Of a stretch of DNA of 21,904 nucleotides, positions 11,433 to 21,143 are shown piece by piece. The DNA lies in NCBI GenBank assembly GCA_008632985.1, contig QPGO01000260.1:62001-83904 (forward strand), read 5' to 3'. The DNA is from Psammoneis japonica. Its lineage: Eukaryota. Under the pieces are notes generated by a model that had not been told where the DNA came from, ran no database searches, and worked only from the letters and a program-made list of their open reading frames with translations. Every line of letters begins with the position of its first letter. The stretch's first letter is position 1. The position numbers were made by a program, and so were the translations under genes.

Positions 11433-11822
11433 GACGCGTTCCAGGTCCAGGTGGGACCTCGCACTGCTGAACTGTGACATCGACAGTTTTTTGAGTCTCA
11501 TCGTATGTCGCGCACGTAGATTTCTACGTGATTTTTTCGACATTTTGTGTCATTTTACGGTGCATTTGTTGAGCGATCCGTCCAACAACTTTTGACATTT
11601 TTTGTTGCAGCGCGATTCTACAATGTCTTGAGAATCGCGCAGGGCAGGCGAAGTTGCAAAAACGTCGAGTGGTGAGAGGCATAATTGCACCACAAACTTG
11701 GGCGCTCATTTGATGTTGAAGACAAGCACATCCATCAATTAAATTCTCGCACTGCGGAGCTCGCACGTAGAATTCTACGGGCCCAATGTCACACGGAGTC
11801 CCACCCAGGGCTGGAATGCGTC
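11433..11822 (+). mobile_element. 390-bp MITE with ~25-bp imperfect TIRs and 4-bp TSD
   Basis: Left end GACGCGTTCCAGGTCCAGGTGGGAC, right end GTCCCACCCAGGGCTGGAATGCGTC. TSD TCCA at 11429-11432 and 11823-11826. Empty site with a single TGGA at 17715-17718. Confidence 0.9.
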
Positions 11823-11906
11823 TCCAGAAGGATGCCAAGAGAGCATCCGTGTGAAGCACACTGGCCCGTCGTCTGGCCCACGATGGCAGCGTGATTCCAC
11901 ATGATG

Positions 11907-12383
11907 TGCAGCATGCATGCAGACAAAAGGTCATTTTTGTCACGACCTTTGTGACATTTAAATTGCAGCACATCGCCGTGATGCATTGGCTCTCATTGGC
12001 AGCTGTGTGCTGCACTCCTCCCCATGTGTCACGCGTCCATGTGGCTCTTTGCTGACGTGCACTGACACTGTGCGGTTTTGGCGGAACAGTGTGGGTGCGT
12101 GCGAAGAAACATGCAGAACTGCACAGAGTTTTGCACGTTCGACAGTGATCAACGTTGCTGCAGACAACTCCCACTCAGGGTTTCGAACCCCTGGCCTCCT
12201 GCCCAATGGTCGCACATTGAACCACTCCGCTGTGAATTCACAGTGCAGCATGCATGCAGACAAAAACAATCACAATGCAGCATGCATGCAGACAAAAGGT
12301 CATTTTTGTCACGACCTTTGTGACGTTTAAATTGCAACACGTCGCCGTGATGCATTGACTCTCATCAGCAGCTGTGTGCTGCA
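11907..12383 (-). mobile_element. TRIM-like non-autonomous mini LTR element (108-bp LTRs)
   Basis: Direct repeats 11907-12014 and 12276-12383 (TG...CA, 6 differences, all transitions). TSD GATG at 11903-11906 and 12384-12387. PPT GGGGAGGAG on the minus strand at 12015-12023. Empty site at ~17635-17638. Confidence 0.88.
12168..12238 (-). other. tRNA-like segment with Pol III A box and B box inside the TRIM
   Basis: Minus strand: CAGCGGAGTGG (A-box-like, 12232-12222) and GGTTCGAAACC (B box, 12189-12179) inside a CAGGG...CCCTG stem, 43 nt apart. The anticodon arm is not convincing. Confidence 0.55.
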
Positions 12384-12604
12384 GATGACATCACTCGTGC
12401 ACAGCGCGTGATGGCTTGATTCGCGCGATCCACAATGCGAGCGCACAATCGATTTGACACGATCCAAATGCGAACAAACAGGGATTTGGCAAGATTCCCT
12501 GTTCGCATGATCCCACTTTCTCTGCTCTAAACCAGCTCACAATTTTCACAACGACAAAGTCGCAACACATCTTCTTTTGCAGCGCCTGGTGCATGCACAG
12601 GGCA

Positions 12605-15600
12605 CTTTGTCAAAGCTTTGTTTGGAGCTGTTTGACCTTCAAGAAAGCAGCCCAGAGATCACCTGGTGCGCTTTTTGTGTGGAGACCATCCAAGAGCCAA
12701 GCACGCACATTCCCACACAGATGCAGTGCAAAGCCAGAAAGCGCGGAACTTCATCATGAATGATGTCGACACCACCAGATGACAATGCATCAAAATGATG
12801 TTGCCCACATCTTTCGAAAGCTCCTCTTTCACTTGCCCTCTTTTGCTCACCCGATTGCTCCAAAAGGGCCAGAGAAAGCTGACACATTTCTTTCATGATG
12901 GAGCAATGCAAGCGCAAGCACTTCTTTTCATTCCACAATCTCAGAATGCAGCACAACAGATTGTCAAGGCACGCATGCACGCTGGCTGCATCAGCCAAAT
13001 CAGCACCATTTGCTGTTTGCTCTGGGGCAACAATGGAGATGTGATGCCCCCACAAGTTGTGCTCAACACTCACTTGCTGAGTTGCAAAGCTGACAGCTCT
13101 TGTTCACTTGCCCCTTTGAGCTGCTTGTGAGACTTGACACAACTGCACATCTTTCTTGTCCTTTGCTCTCCAAATTTGTTGCATTGGCTTGCTGACAAAT
13201 GGGGCAAATGAGCCACACATTTCTGGTTTCTGGGTTGTCAGTTGCTGCACAGCCAAAAGAAGCAATCTGCGCCACTGGAGCTGCCATGGTGTGCTGGTCT
13301 GCTGTGTCAAACTCTGCATTGCCACGTGTGGGTGGGGAGAGCTGTTGTCAAAACTGTGCAATGATGTGCTTGAGCTCTTGAGAGCTTGCCCAGCTCAAGA
13401 CATCACAATGGCGCCAAGTTGCCATGTTTGTTGTGAACTCTTTGCAATGCCGCGTCTGTGACTTGGCCTTGTTCTTGAATTGTCGTGGATGCTGCGCTGA
13501 AAAAAGAACATTCTCGATGAGAGAGAGTGTCTCTGGGATGCCTCGCGAGAGGTTGGTTGTGACAAAACAGAAGTGACATTGTCAGTGCAAACCTTGACAT
13601 GATTTTTCACCATTGGCTGCCCGTGCAAACCTGTGTGCTCTCAAGCTTGTCACACGCCCAATGCCGCAGCATGTGATGCTCCATTGAGAGCACACCACAA
13701 AGTGCCTCAGAAACAACTGCATTTTGGAAGTTGGCAAAACACCGCTGTCCATGTCATTTTGTGTGTTGTTTTGCATCACGGCCCAGAAAACACTCTCAAA
13801 AACTGCTCAGAAGGGCAAAATGTGCTGAGTTCACACAGAAATGGACTGCACCAGGCCACAAAGAAAATGAGCGCACCAAGAGATGTGGCACACACACTCA
13901 AGCGCAGCTCAATCTGACAGGAAATTTGCACAGGTCGCCTGCCACCTTGTGAGAAGTGTGTGCCTCCCTTTTTGGGGGGGGGGGGGCAAAAGTTGCAATT
14001 TTGGACCCAACTGGGTTCAAAATTCAAGCTTTAAACCCAAGTTGGTTAAAATTGACAGGTTGAACCCAAAAAAGGAAAAATTTCAAACCCAAACACCGAC
14101 ACTGCAAAACTGACAACACCAGACAAGTTGCTTTGTCAAAGCTTTGTTTGGGGCTGTTTGACCTTCAAGAAAGCAGTCAAGAGATGACCTGGTGCACTTT
14201 TTGTGTGGAGAACATCCAAAAGCCAAGCACGCACATTCCCGCACAGATGCAGTGCAAAGCCAGAAAGCATGGAACTTCATCATAAATGATGTCAACACCG
14301 CCAGATGACAATGCATCAAAATGATGTTGCCCATGTCTTTTGACAGCTCCTCTTGCACTTGCCTTCTTTCACTTGCCCGATTGCTCCAAAAGTGCCAGGG
14401 AGAGCTGACACATTTCTGTCATGATGGAGCAATGCAAGCGCAAGCACTTCTTTTCATTCCACAATCTCAGAATGCAGCACAACAGATTGTCAAGGTGCGC
14501 ACGCACTGCAACTTTGGACCCAGTTGGGTTCAAAATCCAAACTCAAAACCCAAGTTGGTTAAAATTGAAAGTTTGAACCCAAAAAAGGAAAAAATTCGAA
14601 CCTGAGCACCGACACTGCAAAATTGACAACAACTGCCAAGTTTCTTTGTCAAAGCTGTGTTCAGAGCCATGTGACCCTTGAGAGGGTGGTCCAGAGATTG
14701 CCCCCCGTGCACTTTTTGCACAGAAGCTGCCCCAGAGCCAACACTGTGCATTCCTGCACAGATGCGACATGAAGCCAGAAAGCACAGCACTTCATCATGA
14801 ATGATGACACCACCAGACAACAATGCATCAAAACGGCGTCTTCCACATCTTTCAACAGCTCCTCTTTTGCTTGCCCAACTGCTGAAACAAGGGCCAGGGA
14901 AAGCTTGTGCATTTCTTTTGTGATGGAGTGATGCAAGTGCAAGTGCCTCCTTTTGTTCCACAATCTCAGAATGCAGCACAACAGACTGTCAAGGCACACG
15001 CGCACATTGGCTGTGTCAGCCAAATCAATGCCATTTGCTGTTTGCTCTGGAGCAACAATGGAGGCGTGATGCCCCCACAAGTTTCACTCAGCACTCACTT
15101 GCTGAGTTGCAAAGCTGACAACTCTTGTTGGCTTGCACTCTTGAGCTGCTTGTGAGACTTGACACAACTGTGCATCTGTCTTGCCCCTCACTCTCCAAAT
15201 TTGTTGCATTGGCTTGCTGACAAATGGGGCCATTTGGTCACACATTCCTGGGTTGTGAGTTGCTGCACAGCCAAAAGAAGCAGTCTGCGCCATTGGAGCT
15301 GTCACAATTGTCAAAACTGTGCGATGATGTGCTTGAGCTCTTGAGAGCTTGTTCAGCTCAAGACATCATGGCGACAAGTCACCATGTTTGTTGTGAACTC
15401 TTCCTGATGCTGTGTTTGTGAGTTGGCCTTGTTCTTGAATTGTCACGGCCATTGCACTGCAGAGATGACATTCTTGATGAGAGAAAGTGTCTCTGGGATG
15501 CCTCGTGAGAGGTTGGTCATGACAAAACAAAAGCAACATTGTCAGTGCAAACCTTCAACACACAATTTTTCACCATCAGCGGCCCATGCAAACCTGTGCA

Positions 15601-17329
15601 CTCTCAAGCTTGTGACACACCTTGTGCCGCAATGTGTGATGTTCTGTTGTGAGCACACCACAAAGTGCCTCAGAAACAACTGCATTTTTGAAGCTGGTGA
15701 AATGCCGTTGTCCATGTCATTTTGCAAGTTGTTTTGCATTGCAACCCAGAAAGCACTCCCAAAAACTGTTCCACAGGACAAAATGTGCAGGGAGCAACCA
15801 CAAAAAACAAATGGGCCAAGAACTGTGGCACGCCCACTCAAGTGCAGCTCAAGCTGATGGGAAATGTGTTCAGGTTGCCTGCCGCCTCGTGAGAAGTGCA
15901 TGCTTCCTTTCTTTGGGGTGGGTCAAAAGTTGCAATTTTGGACCCAACTGGGGCCAAAATCCAAACTTAAAACCCGAGTTGGTCAAAGTTAAAAGTTTGA
16001 GCCCAAAAATGGAAAAATTTTGAACCCAAACACCAGCACAGCAAAGTTGACAACAACTGCCAAGTTTCTTTGTCAAAGCTTTGTTTGGAGCTGTTTGACC
16101 TTCAAGAGGGTGGTCCAGAGATTGCCTGGTGTGCTTTTTGCACAGAAGCTGTCCAAGAGCCAAGCACGTGCATTCCTGCAAGGACACAGCATGAAACCAG
16201 AAAGAACGGCACTTCATCATCACGAATGATGATGAAACCACCAGACGACAATGCGCCAAAATGGCATTGTCTGCATCTTTTGACAGCTCCTCTTTTGCTC
16301 ACCTCACTGCTCTGAAAAGGACGTGGAAAGCTCACCTTTTGAGAAGCACGTGCCTCCCTTTTTTTGGGCTGGTCAAAAATTGCAATTTTAGACCCAGATG
16401 GTTCAAAATCCAAATTTAAAACCCAAGTTGGTTGAAATTGAAAGTTTGAACCCAAAAAAGGGAAAAAATTGAGCCCGAACACTGGCGTTGCAAAACCAAC
16501 AACAACTGCTGAGTTTCTTTGTCAAAGCTTTGTTTGGAGCCATTTGACCTTTGAGAGGGTGGTTCAGAGATTGCCCGGCACACTTTTTGTGCAGAAACCA
16601 CCCCCAAGAGCCAAGCATGCACATTCCCACACAGACACAGCACAAAGCAAGAAAGGGCTGCTCTTCATCATGAATGATGATGACACCACCAGACAACAAC
16701 ACACCAAAATGGCATCATCTGCATCGTTTGATGGCTCCTGTTTCACTTGCCCGATTGCCTCAAAAGGACCAGGGAAAGCTCGTGCATTTCTGTCAAGGCA
16801 CGTGCATCCACTGGCTGCATCAGCCAAACCAACGCCATTTGCTGCTTGTTTCAGGACAACGATGGAGACACAATGCACCCATGAGCCGCGCTCAATGCTC
16901 GCTTGCCAAATTGCAAAACTGGCAGCTCTTGGTGGCTTGCACTCTTGAGCTGTTTTTGAGACTTGACACAACTGTGCATCTGTCTTGTCCTTCACCCTCT
17001 AAATTTGTTGCATTGGCTTGCCAACAAGTGGGGCAAACAAGTCAAATTTTTTGGGTCACAGACTGCCGCACAGCCAAAAAAAGTGGTCTGTGCCATTGGA
17101 GCCGCCATGATGCGCTGGTCATGAACGATGTCTTTGGGATGCCCCACAATGATGCAGAGCCTGCAGAATGAAAGCACAACATAGAAAGAGAAAGCACATG
17201 CAAGCCAGACAGTTTTGAAACACACAGCCTGAATGTCAGTGCATGAGGTCAGTCGAAACGCAACAGAAGCAACGTTGTCAATGCAAACCTTTAACATGAT
17301 CTTTCACCATGAGCCACCCATGTGAGCCT
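12605..17329 (+). repeat. Satellite-like array: about two long units plus short deleted units
   Basis: CTTTGTCAAAGC at 12605, 14131, ~14644, ~16069 and ~16517. The module order is conserved. Confidence 0.9.
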
Positions 17330-17417
17330 GGGCAAGTGAGCAGGATGTGCAGCTTGACACATGGCACTCCAGCGCAAAGAAAAAGGAGAGTGAAGGAAAA
17401 GGGAAAAAGGGCCAAAC
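17330..17417 (+). pseudogene. Short copy of the 9.8-9.9 kb gene relic; insertion target of the Gypsy
   Basis: GGGCAAGTGAGC...GACACATGGCAC...AAAGAAAAAGGAGAGTGA...GCCAAAC matches ~9828-9915. Confidence 0.8.
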
Positions 17418-17849
17418 TGCCCTGTGCATGTGCCAGGCGCTGAAAAAGAAGATGTGTTGCGACTTTGTCGTTGTGAAAATTGTGAGCCAGTTTAGAGTGG
17501 AAAAAGTGGGATCGTGCGAATGGGGAATCTTGCCAAATCCCTGTTTGTTCACATTTGGATCGCATCAAATCGATCATGCATTTGCATTGTGCATCGTGCG
17601 AATCAAGCCATCACGCGCCATGCACGAGTGATGTCATCGTGTGGAATCACACCACCATCGTGGGCCAGACGACGGGCTGGTGTGCTTCACACGGATGCTC
17701 TCTTGGCGTCCTTCTGGAATTGCCTGAGGCCCAGAGCCACGCCCTCCTGTGGTCATGCTTCCCAGGTGCGTGTCAACAATGCCACGTTGCCATGCACAAG
17801 AGGCTCATGCACGGTCTCGCCGTGTTGTCCAGCAGCGAGGCATGCTGCA
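17418..17849 (-). repeat. 3' LTR (432 bp)
   Basis: Begins TGCAGCATG right after the PPT and ends ...CAGGGCA. Both ends coincide with the TSD-defined solo LTR. Confidence 0.9.
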
Positions 17850-17860
17850 CACTCCCCCAT
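17850..17860 (-). promoter_or_regulatory. Polypurine tract
   Basis: ATGGGGGAGTG between the integrase stop (17889) and the LTR. Confidence 0.85.
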
Positions 17861-17888
17861 GATCAGGGCCGTCAAGTGACAGGATGTC

Positions 17889-18890
17889 TCACTGGTGACA
17901 GGGTGCAATCTGCCGTAGATTGCACGTGTCTGTCAGCACTCCATTCTGGACATGCAACGTGCCGTTGTCACACACACGGACAACTCTGGCGGGTCCTGCA
18001 CAGCTGTCAGAACCGCACTTAGAGGATTGTTCCTGTTTGATGAGTGCCAATTGCCCTGCGGTGCATTGATGCTCCTTGCGTTTCTGATTTTCACGCTTGT
18101 TGTTTAAGTGGACAAGCTTCTGCTTTCTGGTTTCTATGTGCTTCCACTTGGCACGATGGGCAACAGATGAAACCGCATCGCGTCCGAAGACCAATTGCAT
18201 GGGACTTGCACGTGTGGCCGTGTGTGCCGTAGCTCCAATGGCGAAGGCCACTGCGGAGAGGATGCCACTCCATGGGTCATCTTCATCCAGTTCCACATCC
18301 TGCACTGAAAAGGAGCGCACCATGTTGCCAAGTGTCTGGTGCACACATTCCACTGTGGCATTCGCCTGTGGATTCCGTTTGCTTGTGGGTTTCTTCAAAA
18401 TCCCACAGTCATTTTTAATCATCTGGCTAAATTCTGCCATAAATTCTGTCCCACGGTCATAAACCACCTGGGTTGGCCACGGACATCTGCACAGCCACGT
18501 TTGTTCTACGACGTTTGCTGCGATGTCTGCACGTTTCGCAGACACTTCTTTGATCTCGAACCACCCGGTTGCTGGGTCAATCATTGTGACCGCCCACAAT
18601 TGCAAAGTGTCCTTTCCGTGTCTTTGAATTTTATGTGGCCTTGTCATGTCTGTGCATGGAGTCTCCCATGGAATCATCTTGGCGACCTTTTCTGGCAGCT
18701 TCCCACAATGCTGCGTTCGGCGTTTTGTCTTCTGACATCGATCGCACTTGATGCACGTAGAATGCACCGTAGACCTCATGCCAGGCCAGCAGAAGTGCTG
18801 GGCAACAGACATTTCCGTGCGTGTCTCACCTGGATGACACAGTGTCTCGTGGCACCATTCAGTTGGCGGAACCTGCAATGACTGTGGCAC
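17889..18890 (-). pseudogene. pol: Integrase domain of pol (HHCC + DDE), mutated
   Basis: HETLCHPG...FCWPGM...CDRCQ; IDPATGWFE; YDRGTEF; NPQANATVECVHQT; SPMQLVFGRD. Confidence 0.95.
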
Positions 18891-18920
18891 TGCGATTTTG
18901 TCCTTATGACAGATTGACTG

Positions 18921-20807
18921 TCATGATGACCCTCCCCCACGATGCGCACGAATGGAGCAGTCGGACGAGTCCTCAGCTCGTGAGAGCAGGCACTTGTCCT
19001 TTTGTTGTTCTTTTTGAATGTGCTTGAAGCTGACAGGCAGAGATGCGTCGTCTTGCGCGTCTGCATTAAAAGCTTCATGCAAAGGACGACTCGATGGAGT
19101 GTCTTTTACATCCGGATTAGCCTCGGAAGGCAAGCTGGGTGCCAGTCGAAGGCGACTGAGAGCGTCAGCGACTGGGTCATGGGTGCCCTTGACACAGCGT
19201 AATTCGGGACCGCATTCTTCGCATGTCAACCGCCAGCGCATGACGCGCTCGGTGTTGAATGCTTTGTGAGCAAGATTTTTATGATCAGCACACACAATCA
19301 CACGATGACCCAGGAGAATCGTTCAAAATTCTTTCAACATCTCCACAATGGCAAGCAACTCTCTCTCCATTGTTGCACAATTTAATTGCGTGCTGTTGAG
19401 CTTTCTGCTGTGAAAGGTGATGGGTTTGTTGTCTTGGGACACAACTGCTCCCAATTGACATTTAGAGGCATCGGTGTGTGTCTCAAAGGGTTCATTAAAA
19501 TCAGGATGTGACAACAAAACATCATCCGACATCACCTGTTTGACGGTTTCGAACGCCTCGTCTTCAACGGACGTCCACTCCCATTTGACAGTCTCGCTTG
19601 CGAGTCGTGTTGGCGGAGCCAAGACTTCAGAACGTCCAATCCACGTGTCGCGGCAGCAGTTCACCACACCAACAAATGACCGCAGGTCGCGTTTGTTGGT
19701 TGGGGTTGCGATTCGCTCAATGGCGTCGACTTCATTGGGTGTTGGTCGCATTCCGTCTCTGTTGACCAGATGACCCAAGCACTCCAATTGGGTTTGACAG
19801 AAGTGAGATTTGGCTGCGTTGACTTTTAGTCCTGCTTTCTGGACCCTCAACAAAACTTCTTCAAGTTTGTTGAGGTGATCTTCACAGGTGCCTTTCGTCA
19901 CGACGAGAAGGTCATCCAAGTGTGTTCGAACGAACGACAGATCTTCAAATGAGCCTGACATGCGTTCTTGGAAAATGTCTGGCGAGTTGCATGACCCCAT
20001 GGGCAATGCCTGCATCTCATGCTTGCCCCACGGGAAGATGAGCGTGCAGAGCTTCTTGCTGTCAGCATCCAATCGGATGTGACAACAGCCCATGTTTAAA
20101 TCCAGTGATGTGGCCCACACAAAGCCTTCGAGCTTGAGGAGCACATCTTGGATGTGAGGAATCGGATGAGGCAATCGCTTGATCCGTTTATTCAGCTCTC
20201 TGAAATCATTGACAAAGTGTGCCATTAAGTCTTTCTTCGGCATGACAAATGATGGAGCTGCCCATTGGGATCGGTTGACGCGTTTGAGAACACCGATGCG
20301 CACCAGGCGTTCTACTTCTTTACGCAGCGCAGCTTCGTACGCACGAGGTGCTTCACACGGACGAGCGTGATGTGGTTCTGCACCCTCCTTGAGTTGGACA
20401 TGGCAGGGTTCTCCCTTCCATTCTCCTGATGTCCCATCAAACAAGGACTCATGGCGTTTCAACAGTGCCAAAAGGTCGTTTTGTTGAACCACAGAAAGTT
20501 CTGTTGCCCCTCGCGTTATGTCCGCGAGGCATGCCGGCGCGTGTTTGGCGTCTGAGATGCGCGAAATCCGGTCGGTTTCCGAAGATGAGGCTTCTGGATC
20601 TTGAAGATAGAAGGAGGTTTCTACCGCAGCATCTGCGTGCCTCATTGGCACTTCTCCATTGACTGGTGGCCACTCTGTCATCTGTTTAGAGAAGACAACA
20701 TCAATGCCTTGTGTCTCCAGAATGTCACGTCCAATGATCACATCGCACTTGCCCAACTTTCCGTTGTGTGCGTGGACGGCATGTTTAAGTTCTGCAGTTT
20801 CGGACAA
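18921..20807 (-). pseudogene. pol: Protease C-terminus, reverse transcriptase and RNase H of pol, mutated
   Basis: CDVIIGRDIL; DFRELNKR; LDLNMGCCHI; HLDD at 19911-19922 (from YLDD); HTDASK; ERELLAIVE; in-frame TGA at 19323-19325 (probably from CGA); DHKNL; VADALSR. Confidence 0.96.
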
Positions 20808-21100
20808 TTCTGGTAACCGAAATTTAACGGTGCAGTCGTTGGACGCACTGAACGAGCCTGCTGCCGCAGTCCAGTTGTCTCAGCCATTGAATGGCTTCGC
20901 AGACGCTTGCAGCATTGACTGTCGAGCAGAGCACTGCTGGCGCCACTGTCTGGCAGTGCCTTGATGGTTTGAGTCTTGCCCTTGCCATGTTTGGCATTCA
21001 CAGCTGCAAACAAGATTGGAGCAAGATGAGTCTTTTTAACTCGCTTGCGGGATTGGCCCACAACACGTGTGCGATGGCAGCCCAGTTCATCCAATGCATT
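20808..21100 (-). pseudogene. pol: Aspartic protease N-terminal part (frameshifted)
   Basis: IKALPDSGASS, with DSG at 20942-20950. Confidence 0.85.
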
Positions 21101-21143
21101 AAAGCTGCCTGCATCGTGTCGGCAAGTGTCTGAATCTTCGGAA

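Larger units (their letters stand above)
11333..12604 (+). mobile_element. Solo LTR of the Gypsy family, with two nested insertions
   Basis: TG...CA ends and 4-bp TSD CTTT (11329-11332, 12605-12608). After removing the insertions it is colinear with the reverse complement of 17418-17849. Confidence 0.9.

Noticed and set aside
12168..12238. Functional tRNA gene
   Set aside because: The acceptor and anticodon stems are poor, the T arm has an extra G, and it lies inside a TE. Kept only as tRNA-like.
227..17329. CRISPR array or prokaryotic repeat-RT system
   Set aside because: The repeats are hundreds of bp long and divergent, without unique spacers, and the RT is a clear Ty3/Gypsy pol.
8..17879. 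Numerous 60-240 aa Cys/His-rich ORFs in all six frames
   Set aside because: They are explained by loss of TAA/TAG and excess TG/CA. They overlap on both strands within repeats and have no recognisable domains.
19911..19922. Novel HxDD-type reverse transcriptase or alternative genetic code
   Set aside because: Tyr is replaced by both His and Cys, Leu and Ile codons with TA are also hit, non-coding repeats show the same change, and pol has a stop and frameshifts. This is mutation, not recoding.
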